Assembly: GCA_963796455.1 (NCBI GenBank)
Contig: CAWCLO010000003.1
Location: 160,001-224,000, forward strand
Length of the DNA: 64,000 nt
DNA from: Candidatus Sulfomarinibacteraceae bacterium
Lineage (GTDB): Bacteria; Acidobacteriota; Thermoanaerobaculia; Thermoanaerobaculales; Sulfomarinibacteraceae
Direction: 5' to 3'
Positions 38,977 to 48,245 of the stretch are shown in pieces. The position numbers were made by a program, and so were the translations under genes. The notes below the pieces were generated by a model. It saw only the letters and a list, made by a program, of their open reading frames with translations. It ran no database searches and was not told the DNA's origin. How positions within the stretch are numbered: position 1 is the stretch's first letter; every line of letters begins with the position of its first letter.

Positions 38977-39852
38977 CTAATAGTCCTTTGGCAGTGCGTT
39001 GAGTTCGCGCCAGGTCACCACCGGCCCATCACGACAGACCGAGAACGGACCGACGTAACAACGACCGCAGTGGCCGATGCCGCATTTCATTTTGTTCTCC
39101 AGCGTCGTCACCACCTGATCGGGCCCATAACCCAATTTGCCCAGACTCAGGAAGAGAAAGTGCAGCATGATCGGCGGACCGCAGGCCACGACGATTCGAT
39201 TCTCAGGATCGAGACCGAGGTCCTCGAAGACATTCGGAAGGAGGCCGACCTCGCCGTCCCAGCCGTCACGCTCTCCACCGGGATCCACAGTCCGCACCAC
39301 CCGGACACCATCGACCGCATCCCACTCGGGCATCTCGCTCTTGTAGACCACATCGCCGACCGACCGGGCGCCGTTGAGAATCAGCACCTCACCGAATTCA
39401 GATTTGCGATCGATGACCTCGAGCATCGCCGATCGCAGGGCGGCCATTCCGATTCCGCCACCAATGAAGGAGATGTGTTTGCCCTTCCAGTCATCGAGTG
39501 GGAAGTGGTTGCCGTAAGGGCCCCTGAAGCCGATCACCTGCCCCTCCGACATGGCCCGCAACGCCGTCGTGACCTTCCCGACGACGCGAAAGGTGCACTC
39601 GATGGTGGGCGGCTGGGCACCGTTGTCCGTCGGTCGCCACGGCCGGTTCGAGATCGCGAAGACCGATTCTCCGGCGCCAAAGACCGTGAACTGGCCGAAT
39701 TGACCCGGGTTCCAACCGGCAAAGGCACCGGCCTCGCCGGCATCGGTGAATTGCAGGCGAAGAGTCCGGACATCGGGCGTCTCATCGTTGAATCCTTCGA
39801 TTCGCATCAGGTTCGGCTGATAAGGATTAGGTACGGCTTCAGCCAACTGCAT
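38977..39852 (-). CDS. FAD/NAD-binding 2Fe-2S subunit (FlxA/AsrB/HydG-like)
   Basis: PGQF, RGPYGN, GGIG, CGPP and MKCGIGHCGRC motifs. Confidence 0.88.
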   Translation of the reverse strand: MQLAEAVPNPYQPNLMRIEGFNDETPDVRTLRLQFTDAGEAGAFAGWNPGQFGQFTVFGAGESVFAISNRPWRPTDNGAQPPTIECTFRVVGKVTTALRAMSEGQVIGFRGPYGNHFPLDDWKGKHISFIGGGIGMAALRSAMLEVIDRKSEFGEVLILNGARSVGDVVYKSEMPEWDAVDGVRVVRTVDPGGERDGWDGEVGLLPNVFEDLGLDPENRIVVACGPPIMLHFLFLSLGKLGYGPDQVVTTLENKMKCGIGHCGRCYVGPFSVCRDGPVVTWRELNALPKDY

Positions 39853-40900
39853 CTGCGCCCTCCTCCCGAATGGCCTCGACTGCCGCGGCCACGGTACTGA
39901 CGATGTCGAGCCCCGCCGGACACAGATCGACACAGCGGCCGCAGCCGACGCAGCGGAATGGATCATCGTCTTCTTCTCGGAACGCGAACTTGTGGAGCAC
40001 CCGCTGTCTGTAGCGATCCTGTTTGGAGGAACGCGGGTTGTGACCGGAAGCGTGGTGGGTGAACTGCGAGAATGTGCAGGCGTCCCAGGACCTGTTCTGT
40101 TCGCCGGACCAGGCGTTGGCCTCGTGATTCATGTCAAAGCATGAACACGAGGGGCAGACATAGGCGCAGACGCTGCATCCGAGGCAGTGCTGCGCCAGCC
40201 GGTCCCAGGCTCCATGCTCGAAGCCGTCCTCCAGCACCTGCGACCACTCCTTGTTGACCGGGTTGCGTTGGATTTCGCCCGCGACCCTTTCGGCGACAGC
40301 GGCAATCCGCGCGGGGCCGTCTGCAACCGACTCCCAGGAAGCACCGGCCTCCCCGATCAATGCCACCCCTTTGTCCGTCATCGCACGCAGCAGCCAACCA
40401 TTCTCGAGGGGCACCACCTGCACATCGGCGCCCTCTTCGCCGACCGGTGAACCACCGACGGCGGTGCAGAAACACTCGGGATCGGCCCCTCCGCAGGCCA
40501 TCGAAACAACGGTGGTGTTTGCTCTCCTCGCCGCGTAGAGCGGGTCCTTGGTGCCCGAGAGAAAAACCTCATCCAATCGGACCAATCCCGAGGCATCGCA
40601 GCTCCGCACTCCGAAGAGGACCTGAGGTCGGTCCGGGCCGTCCGGATTCTGCAGCTGCACCATCGACCCCGAGAGATCGTATCGGTACAGGGTCTCGGTC
40701 CGTGGAAAGAGAAACTCTTTGGGCGACCACCTGGTCTTGCCGGAGGGCTCGATCACCACCTGCTCTGGAGACTCAACCGGACGAAAGAGCTTGACCCCGT
40801 CCTCGATCGCCGGTGCAACCACATTGTTCTCGGCGTTGATAAGGATCTTCAGCCACTCCCGGAGCTGATCTTCTGAGAGCATCCACTCGTTGTGTTTCAT
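39839..40900 (-). CDS. 4Fe-4S dicluster subunit (FlxB/AsrA-like)
   Basis: SPKEFLFP, CFC, CLGCSVCAYVCPSC and CVGCGRCVDLCP motifs. Confidence 0.87.
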   Translation of the reverse strand: MKHNEWMLSEDQLREWLKILINAENNVVAPAIEDGVKLFRPVESPEQVVIEPSGKTRWSPKEFLFPRTETLYRYDLSGSMVQLQNPDGPDRPQVLFGVRSCDASGLVRLDEVFLSGTKDPLYAARRANTTVVSMACGGADPECFCTAVGGSPVGEEGADVQVVPLENGWLLRAMTDKGVALIGEAGASWESVADGPARIAAVAERVAGEIQRNPVNKEWSQVLEDGFEHGAWDRLAQHCLGCSVCAYVCPSCSCFDMNHEANAWSGEQNRSWDACTFSQFTHHASGHNPRSSKQDRYRQRVLHKFAFREEDDDPFRCVGCGRCVDLCPAGLDIVSTVAAAVEAIREEGADAVG

Positions 40901-40910
40901 TGATTGCTCC

Positions 40911-42323
40911 TCACAGGATGAACTCCTCGGAATCTTCCATCCGAAAGTCGACCAACGCCGTCTTCTGCTCCGGGTCCAACCCGACGCCTCCGTACTGTCG
41001 TTCGACTTCCAGAGCCAACTTGCGATTGATCAGATCGAGATGGATGTCGGCGGGACAAACCCGCGCACACTCATCACAACCGGAACATCTGCCCGCCAGA
41101 TGGACGGCTCGAATGATGTTCCAACTGCTGTTGCCCCGGCTGTCGATGGATGTGGGGACCCACTGTGGGCGGTGTTTTTCACTGATGCAGGAGGAGCAGT
41201 AACACATCGGGCATGCCGCGCGACAGGCATAACACCGCAGGCACCGGGCAAACTGCCGCTGCCAATAGGCCCACCGTTCGTTGTGCGGCAGGGTCTCGAG
41301 ATAGGCGATCTGCTCATCGCGCGCGTCCGGGAGATCGAAGGTTGCGTCATCCGGATCGACACAACTCTCTCGAACACCATCCACACTCACCACCAGATCG
41401 CAGATCGGGTGCGGCTCGCCGGAGCACGAAAGGCACTTGCCCGCCAACCCATCGTCCTCTCGAACACCCGGACACTGGACACCGATCAACCGCAACCGGT
41501 CGCGCTCGATCTGGCCCTCGCGAATGAGACCGCTGACTGCACCCAGATCGCAGGTCTTGACGACCACCGCAACGCGTTTGTGGTCCTCCATCGCGTTTTT
41601 GACATAGGCGCTGAGGTTGTTGCGGCAGTTGTCGTCCCATACGAGTCCGTCGCACTCGGCGACATCGGTCAGCAGCACCGGCACCGTGGTGCCGGGCAAA
41701 GATCCCGCGCCATAACCGATGACGACGTCCGCACGCTCCGTGCTCAGCAGATCGGCGGCGGCGCGGCGCAAATGGGTGCGGAGCGCGGCCATCTGTTCAT
41801 CGGAATACTCTTGCGGACCATCGCCGCTGACCTCGGGAAGCTCGATACCATCCCACCCCTCGGGACCACCGAAAGAGGGCAGAGGCCCCGCTTCCTGGAC
41901 CTTGGCGGTGACATCCGAAACGACCTTGGCCCACTTGTGGCCTTCGGCCGCCGACACCCAAGCAAAGTGGAGGCGATTGAGGTCGATGCCAATGAAATCC
42001 ATCAAGGACCTGAAGATCGTGAAACGGCGGCGCGCCACGAGATTTCCCTGCACGTAATGACAGTCTCCCGGGTGACAACCCGAGACCAGCACGCCGTCAG
42101 CGCCCTGTTCAAAAGCACGCAGGATCATCAATGGGCTCATCCGACCGGTGCACGGAAAACGAACCATCCGCACGTTCGCCGGGTATTCCAGTCGGGTGGT
42201 GCCGGCCATATCGGCGCCGGCATAGCTGCACCAGTTACAGACCAGCGCGACGATATGGGGCTTCCAACCTTCGGGAATCGTTTCGCTTCCGCTTCGAGCA
42301 ACACTCGTATTGGCTTCGGTCAT
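40911..42323 (-). CDS. MvhD-like 2Fe-2S domain fused to a 4Fe-4S protein (FlxDC-like)
   Basis: CNWCSYAGAD, PCTGR, GCHPGDCHY, then CLRCYACRAACPMC and CSGCDECARVCP. Confidence 0.87.
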   Translation of the reverse strand: MTEANTSVARSGSETIPEGWKPHIVALVCNWCSYAGADMAGTTRLEYPANVRMVRFPCTGRMSPLMILRAFEQGADGVLVSGCHPGDCHYVQGNLVARRRFTIFRSLMDFIGIDLNRLHFAWVSAAEGHKWAKVVSDVTAKVQEAGPLPSFGGPEGWDGIELPEVSGDGPQEYSDEQMAALRTHLRRAAADLLSTERADVVIGYGAGSLPGTTVPVLLTDVAECDGLVWDDNCRNNLSAYVKNAMEDHKRVAVVVKTCDLGAVSGLIREGQIERDRLRLIGVQCPGVREDDGLAGKCLSCSGEPHPICDLVVSVDGVRESCVDPDDATFDLPDARDEQIAYLETLPHNERWAYWQRQFARCLRCYACRAACPMCYCSSCISEKHRPQWVPTSIDSRGNSSWNIIRAVHLAGRCSGCDECARVCPADIHLDLINRKLALEVERQYGGVGLDPEQKTALVDFRMEDSEEFIL

Positions 42324-44335
42324 CGTCCGAATACCTCCGGCGACCGGCCCAGGGCCCCGAGTTGGGCAAAGACCTGTTCGTCGCTGTAGCCCTCGAGATC
42401 GATATAGCCTCCACGGCAGGTCACGGTGCAGACGCCGCAGCCCTCGCACACGGCCGGGTTGGGCGCCGCCACCTCACGCCGAACTTCTCCCTGCGCATCG
42501 AGCAACTGCTTGGGTTCGATGGCACCGTAGGGACACACCGCCAGGCACTCGAAACACCCCGCACATGCCGCCTCGTTGACGTGTGCGGTCGACGGATCCC
42601 GTTCGAGCACATCGCGGGACAACATTTCCATGCTCTTGGAGGCGGCAGCGGAAGCTTGTGAGACGGTCTCCGGGATGTCCTTCGGCGCCTGCGCGGTGCC
42701 GGCGAGAAAGATCCCGGCAGTCAGAGTCTCGACCGGCCTCAGCTTGGGGTGGGCCTCCTTGAAAAAGCCGTGGGTGTCCGACGCGATCCGCAGCTTGCCG
42801 GCAATTTCGCCGCGGTCGGCAGGCTCCATCGCGGTGGCGAGGACCACCATGTCGGCGTCGATCTCGAGCTGCCGGCCTGACAAGGTGTCGACGCCACGGA
42901 CCTTGAGCTTGCCGTTCTCCTTTGTGATCCGGGAGGGACGGCCGCGGATATACATCACCCGTTCCTCCTCCATCGCCCGGTGGACAAATTCTTCGTAACC
43001 CTTGCCGCCCGCCCGGATGTCCATATAGAAGATGTAGGCGCGCGAATCGGGCACCTTGTGGCGCAGCAGCAGCGCATGTTTGGCGGTATACATGCAGCAG
43101 ATCTTCGAGCAGTATGAAACGCCGTGTTCCGGGTTGCGGGAGCCCACGCACTGGATGAAGACCACATCCTTCGGGGTTTTGCCGTCGGAAGGTCTCCGCA
43201 CCTCGCCCTCGGTCGGGCCCGAGGCCGAAAGCATACGCTCGAACTCGAGACCGTCCATGACATCGACGTGCTCTCCGTAGCCGCATTCCTGAGCCTGTTC
43301 ACCGAGCTGCATGTCGTATCCGGTGGCGGCGACGATGATGCCGATCTCGCGTTCGACGATCTCCGGTTTCATGTCGAAATCGATGCACTGGGGTTTGCAG
43401 ACCGAATCGCACTTGTTGCAGGCGAGGACCCGGAATCCGGTCGGTGAATCGAGGTTGGCGTTGAGGCACCGGTCGCCATCGAGGGTGTAGGTCGATGGAA
43501 CCGCCTGTGGGAAGGGGATGTAGATCGCCTTGCGGCTCGACAGACCCATGTCGAACTCGTTGCTGCCCGGTTGCGGGCAGACCTCGGCACAGTCGCCACA
43601 GGCCGTGCAGTCTTCCGCGACCACAAAACTCGGTTTGCGGCGGATGCGGGCCTTGAAGTTCCCGACATAGCCCGACACGCTTTCGACCTCCGAATAGGTC
43701 AGGAGCTCGATATTGGGGTGCCTCGAGACCTGGACCATGAGCGGTGTCAGGATGCACTGCGAGCAATCGAGGGTCGGAAAGGTCTCCGAGAGCTTCGACA
43801 TATTGCCGCCGAGGGACGCCTGCCGCTCGACCAGCACCACCTGATGGCCGGCGTTGGCGATATCGAGGGCCGATCGGATGCCGGCGACACCGCCTCCGAT
43901 GACCAGGGCCCTTTTTGTGACTGGAACCTCGACCGGATCGAGCGGCTTCGAACGCTTGACCCTCTCGACCGCGGCGGTAATGGTCTGGCAGGCTTTGGCG
44001 CTGGCATCGGCCTTGTCGTGGTGGACCCACGAACAATGCTCACGGATATTGGCGATCTCCACCAGGTGGGGGTTGAGACCCGCCTGCGCTGCGGCTGCTC
44101 TGAAGGTTGGTTCGTGGAGTTGCGGCGAGCATGCAGCAATTACCACCCGGTCGAGACCGTTTTCCTTGATGGCATCGATCACCATCTGTTGCCCGGGCGC
44201 CGAGCAGAGATAGGGATAATCCTCCGTGACCGAAGCACCGGGAATCTCGGAGGCGAAGTTCACCACGTCCTTCACCTGGACGGTGCGAGCGATATTTTCG
44301 CCGCAGTGACATACAAAGACGCCGACCTTTGCCAT
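42320..44335 (-). CDS. hdrA: Heterodisulfide reductase subunit A
   Basis: VCHCG, ACSPQLHE, NIREHCSW, GGGVAG, TFPTLDC, QCVGSR and CSKICC motifs. Confidence 0.95.
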   Translation of the reverse strand: MAKVGVFVCHCGENIARTVQVKDVVNFASEIPGASVTEDYPYLCSAPGQQMVIDAIKENGLDRVVIAACSPQLHEPTFRAAAAQAGLNPHLVEIANIREHCSWVHHDKADASAKACQTITAAVERVKRSKPLDPVEVPVTKRALVIGGGVAGIRSALDIANAGHQVVLVERQASLGGNMSKLSETFPTLDCSQCILTPLMVQVSRHPNIELLTYSEVESVSGYVGNFKARIRRKPSFVVAEDCTACGDCAEVCPQPGSNEFDMGLSSRKAIYIPFPQAVPSTYTLDGDRCLNANLDSPTGFRVLACNKCDSVCKPQCIDFDMKPEIVEREIGIIVAATGYDMQLGEQAQECGYGEHVDVMDGLEFERMLSASGPTEGEVRRPSDGKTPKDVVFIQCVGSRNPEHGVSYCSKICCMYTAKHALLLRHKVPDSRAYIFYMDIRAGGKGYEEFVHRAMEEERVMYIRGRPSRITKENGKLKVRGVDTLSGRQLEIDADMVVLATAMEPADRGEIAGKLRIASDTHGFFKEAHPKLRPVETLTAGIFLAGTAQAPKDIPETVSQASAAASKSMEMLSRDVLERDPSTAHVNEAACAGCFECLAVCPYGAIEPKQLLDAQGEVRREVAAPNPAVCEGCGVCTVTCRGGYIDLEGYSDEQVFAQLGALGRSPEVFGR

Positions 44336-44336
44336 A

Positions 44337-44924
44337 TCAGCTCCCTACCGGCGCGGCTGCCTCCGCAGTTTTGGCCTTGCTGCCATAACTCTCACGAAAG
44401 GCGGCACAGCCCGCATCGAAGGCGCGAAGATTGAGCTCTTCGGTGCCTTTTGGAACCGACTCCTCCACCGCCTTCCGCATGATTTCGACTGCTACGATTT
44501 CGGTTGCGGCGGCAAAGAAACCCAGCATGACGATGTTCTGTACGATCGACCGGCCGATCTCCTCAGCGATTCGGGTCGAGGAGACCCCAAAGGAGTTCTG
44601 ACCTTCTTTCGCTTCGATCGAAACCAGGTCTTTCTCATAGACCAGGGTGCCCTCGTCCTTGAGTTCGTCGCGGTATTTCTCGTAGCCCTCGGCTGACATG
44701 ACGACAAAAATGTCGGGACGGCTGATATAGGGGTAGAGCACCTCGGTGTCGGAGACCGCAAGGGTCGTCGAGCACGCCGAGCCACGGGCTTCGGGCCCAA
44801 AGCTCTGAATCATGGTTGCGTGCTTGCCACCGTTGACCGCACAGGCGTGACCGATGATGTGGCCGGCCAGCACCACGCCCTGGCCGCCGAACCCGGTGAT
44901 CCGGATCTCGGTACGGTTACTCAT
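44337..44924 (-). CDS. 2-oxoacid:ferredoxin oxidoreductase gamma subunit (KorC-like)
   Basis: GFGGQG, FGPEARGS and NIVMLG motifs. Confidence 0.9.
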   Translation of the reverse strand: MSNRTEIRITGFGGQGVVLAGHIIGHACAVNGGKHATMIQSFGPEARGSACSTTLAVSDTEVLYPYISRPDIFVVMSAEGYEKYRDELKDEGTLVYEKDLVSIEAKEGQNSFGVSSTRIAEEIGRSIVQNIVMLGFFAAATEIVAVEIMRKAVEESVPKGTEELNLRAFDAGCAAFRESYGSKAKTAEAAAPVGS

Positions 44925-45807
44925 GGAGCCACCCCCCCTCGTCGGGCATGGGCACATAGCGGTCGCCCAGGATCTCCGTGTAATGGGAATGCATCATTTC
45001 GAGAAAGGTCGGTCGTTCTTCGTCGACGAAATCACCGCAGATGAAATGATCCTGATAACCGATGTCGAGCTCGCGGGTGTCGGCGCCGTGCCGGATCTCC
45101 GAGTTGTCGTGGTAGAACTTGATCAGATCGAGCCCGCTTCCCAATCGGTTGAGGCGCGAGTAGAGGGTCGGACAGGGTGCGATGACCTCGATAAAACGAA
45201 AACCCTTTCGCCCGAGGGCGGTGCGGATGGTTTTTGTCAGCCGCCGGATGTGGAGGCACGTCCATCGGGAGACAAAGGTCGCGCCGCAACTGGCCGCCAG
45301 GTGCGGCAGATTGAAGGGCCTTTCGAAGTTGCCAAATGGCATCGTCGACGAGCGGGCGGTGGCGGGGGTCGTGGGTGCATTCTGACCGCCGGTCATGCCG
45401 TAGATGAAGTTGTTGACGAGGATGACCAGCATGTCCATGTTGCGACGGGCGGCATGGATGAAGTGATTGCCGCCGATGCCTGTGAGGTCACCGTCACCGG
45501 AGAAGACCACACACTCGAGTTCCGGTCGCCCGAGCTTGAGACCGGTGGCGAAGGGGATCGCACGGCCGTGAGTGGCGTGGAAGGCATCCAGATTCATATA
45601 ACCCGCCACACGTCCCGTGCAGCCGATGCCGGAGGTGATGGCGACCTTGTCGAGATCTACCTTGGCCTCGTCGAGTGCGGTCGCAAAGCACTTGACGACA
45701 GTTCCGATGCCACAGGTCGGACACCAGATGTGGGGCATCCGATCCATGCGAAGAAAGGGCGCAATCGGGTGTTGGAGGGCGAGTGTTGCGTCGGATTGTG
45801 TGCTCAT
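44917..45807 (-). CDS. 2-oxoacid:ferredoxin oxidoreductase beta subunit (KorB-like)
   Basis: WCPTCG, GIGC, GDGD..IGGNH and NNFIYGMTGGQ motifs. Confidence 0.92.
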   Translation of the reverse strand: MSTQSDATLALQHPIAPFLRMDRMPHIWCPTCGIGTVVKCFATALDEAKVDLDKVAITSGIGCTGRVAGYMNLDAFHATHGRAIPFATGLKLGRPELECVVFSGDGDLTGIGGNHFIHAARRNMDMLVILVNNFIYGMTGGQNAPTTPATARSSTMPFGNFERPFNLPHLAASCGATFVSRWTCLHIRRLTKTIRTALGRKGFRFIEVIAPCPTLYSRLNRLGSGLDLIKFYHDNSEIRHGADTRELDIGYQDHFICGDFVDEERPTFLEMMHSHYTEILGDRYVPMPDEGGWLHE

Positions 45808-46961
45808 TTGGCGGCCTCCACAATGGCTTTGCAGATATCGGCCGGGTCGTGCACGTTGCCGCCCCCATGGGGCACCAGCGTCGTTGTTGCTTTCCCTGCC
45901 GCGCAACGCTCCAACTCGAGCACCATCTGACCGTAGTTGATCTCCGGCATGACGAAGGCCTTGACCTGATCGGCCAACTCACGAATCCGGTTCTCGGGGA
46001 AAGGCCAGACCACGATCAGCCGCATGAAGCCGACCTTGATGCCCTTGGCACGGGCCATATCGATTCCTGCCCGGGTCACCCGCGCGGTGATGCCGTAGGC
46101 AACCACCACCACATCGGCGCCCTCGATGTCCTCTTCCTCGTAGCGCACGATCTGGTCAGCGTTGAGGCGGATCTTGTCGATCAGCCGTTTGACGCTCACC
46201 GATTGGCAGGCGACCGACATCTCCGGGTAGCCTCGTTCGTCGTGGGTCAGACCGGTGGTGTGGAAGCGGTGGCCGTCACCGGCCCGGCACATCTCCGGCA
46301 CCGGTTTGCCGTTGACCTCGTACGGTTTGTATTCACCCGGTTTCTTGTCGGTCAGAGTGCGCGGCACGATCTCGATTTCGTCTGCCGGCGGGATCACGAC
46401 CTTTTCGGTCATGTGGCCGACGCACTCGTCCATCATGAACATCACCGGCACCCGCCAGGTCTCTGAAAGATTGAACGCATCGATGGTGAGATCGAAGGCC
46501 TCCTGCGGCGACTGCGGACAGAGGGCTATCAGCTCATAGTCACCGTGTGAGCCCCACCTCGCCTGCATCATGTCGGCCTGTCCCACCATCGTCGGCAAAC
46601 CGGTGGATGGACCACCGCGTTGTACGTTGACCACCACGCAGGGCGCCTCCATCATCGTCGCGAGGCCGATGTTTTCCATCATCAGAGAAAAACCGGGGCC
46701 CGAGGTGACCGTCATGCACTTCGAACCGGTCCAGGCGCCGCCGGCGACCGCTGCCATCGACGCCAGCTCGTCCTCCATCTGGATAAAGGTCCCGCCCATC
46801 ATCGGAAATCGTTGAGAAATGCGCTCGACCACCTCGGTGGACGGCGTGATCGGATAGCCGGCCACAAAGCGGCAACCAGCAGCCATGGCGCCTTCGCCAC
46901 AGGCGTAGTCACCGTCGAGGTAATGCGCACCAGTCAGCACGCCAGCTGGATCAGCTTTCAA
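45804..46961 (-). CDS. 2-oxoacid:ferredoxin oxidoreductase alpha subunit (KorA-like)
   Basis: GYPITP, QMEDE, TSGPG and QRGGPSTG motifs; TTG start. Confidence 0.92.
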   Translation of the reverse strand: MKADPAGVLTGAHYLDGDYACGEGAMAAGCRFVAGYPITPSTEVVERISQRFPMMGGTFIQMEDELASMAAVAGGAWTGSKCMTVTSGPGFSLMMENIGLATMMEAPCVVVNVQRGGPSTGLPTMVGQADMMQARWGSHGDYELIALCPQSPQEAFDLTIDAFNLSETWRVPVMFMMDECVGHMTEKVVIPPADEIEIVPRTLTDKKPGEYKPYEVNGKPVPEMCRAGDGHRFHTTGLTHDERGYPEMSVACQSVSVKRLIDKIRLNADQIVRYEEEDIEGADVVVVAYGITARVTRAGIDMARAKGIKVGFMRLIVVWPFPENRIRELADQVKAFVMPEINYGQMVLELERCAAGKATTTLVPHGGGNVHDPADICKAIVEAAK

Positions 46962-47248
46962 TTGGGACCTCCCTCGTCCGCCCCCTCCACCTCTCCTGCC
47001 GGGACGCAGAAAATGGCAAAATCGGGACAGATCATCTCGCAGAGATTGCAGTTCACACATTGACCGTCTTGCAGGACCTCGGGCGGGTGGTAGCCCTTGC
47101 GGTTGAAGCTCTCGGACATGGCCAGCACATCCTTGGGACAGTACTCGACACAGAAAGCACAGCCCTTACACCGGTCGGCGATGACGACCACTCGCCCAAC
47201 CGGAACCTTGACCTTGTCGGCGTCAAGCGGTGTTCTCCAGTTCCTCAT
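46958..47248 (-). CDS. OFOR delta subunit, 2x4Fe-4S ferredoxin
   Basis: CKGCAFCVEYCP and CVNCNLCEMICPDFAI. Confidence 0.9.
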   Translation of the reverse strand: MRNWRTPLDADKVKVPVGRVVVIADRCKGCAFCVEYCPKDVLAMSESFNRKGYHPPEVLQDGQCVNCNLCEMICPDFAIFCVPAGEVEGADEGGPN

Positions 47249-47263
47249 CAAGTCCTCCACACC

Positions 47264-47372
47264 CGAATTTCGGATTTCGGATTTCCGATTTCGGATTTGG
47301 CGTCTGCGGTTCTACCGAATCTCTTATCGAACAGAGAAGAAACCCAAAATCCAAAATCCAAAACTCGCAATT
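47264..47372. repeat. Inverted heptamer arms (GGATTTC / AAAATCC) between the MarR gene and the OFOR delta gene
   Basis: gaatttcggatttcggatttccgatttcggattt ... aaacccaaaatccaaaatccaaaactcgcaatt. Confidence 0.8.
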
Positions 47373-47378
47373 TCACTC

Positions 47379-47999
47379 CTATGCCTCCACGCCGTCTTCA
47401 CCGATACGCGGCCTCATCGCACACTCTCCCTGGAACTTTTCAAACGGGCAGTCCGCCCGGTAATAGCCGGCACAACGGAGACAGATCTCGCGAGGGTGCT
47501 CTGCCCGCTCGAGCATCCCGCCGCAGATCTCTTCGAGAAGGTCGCAGAGATCCTCCGTCTTTTTTGTTCCCAGCGATTCAATCACCGGTTTGAGATGCGC
47601 CGCCTTGAGGCTTTCGTACTTTCGGACCAGTTCCTTCCCCGGGGCACTGGCACGCAGCAAGATCACCCTCCGATCCTGTTCTGAGGACTCGCGATAAACC
47701 AGACCGAGTTGCTCCAGTCTGTCGAGGTTCTTGCTGCTGGCCGCGGGAGACACTCCGAGCGCCCGGGCGAGCTCACCAACATGAAGATCCGATTTGGCGG
47801 ATATGAGTTTCAGAAAACAAAACTGCGATCGGGTGAGACGGTGCGGACGCACCTGGTGCAGAAAATCTTCTTCGAGGAACTCGCGCAACAGTGACCTCAG
47901 AACGTGTCCGGCATGGAGAAAGCGGTGAAGGCGCTCACCCGGCACGGCCGCTTCCGCGGTTATTTCGCGGCCGTCAAAGCGTTCGTCGCCAATTGACAT
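47379..47999 (-). CDS. MarR family regulator with Cys-rich C-terminal extension
   Basis: ELARALGVSPAASSKNLDRLE..GLV..DRR winged HTH, then CLRC-x7-C-x8-C. Confidence 0.85.
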   Translation of the reverse strand: MSIGDERFDGREITAEAAVPGERLHRFLHAGHVLRSLLREFLEEDFLHQVRPHRLTRSQFCFLKLISAKSDLHVGELARALGVSPAASSKNLDRLEQLGLVYRESSEQDRRVILLRASAPGKELVRKYESLKAAHLKPVIESLGTKKTEDLCDLLEEICGGMLERAEHPREICLRCAGYYRADCPFEKFQGECAMRPRIGEDGVEA

Positions 48000-48245
48000 A
48001 TTTAACTCAGCGAATATTTTCCGCCGTTAACAATTTAGTGCGTCAAATACAGACGTCAAGCTTATTACCTCATTCTTGTATGAGATTGAGATTGTCCATC
48101 GGCAATTTCTGTGGCGATCCTCCGGCCCGCTGTCCCGATTTTTGGCCGATTCGTTCTTGCAACACGGGCAATCACAGGCCGCCGGTAGGATATGCTCGGT
48201 GGCCGCACGGTCAACATTTATCGCCGCAGCCGTTTGGGAGGCTCC

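Noticed and set aside
40911..44335. Selenocysteine recoding in HdrA or MvhD
   Set aside because: Both frames are open, with Cys at the motif positions and no in-frame TGA.
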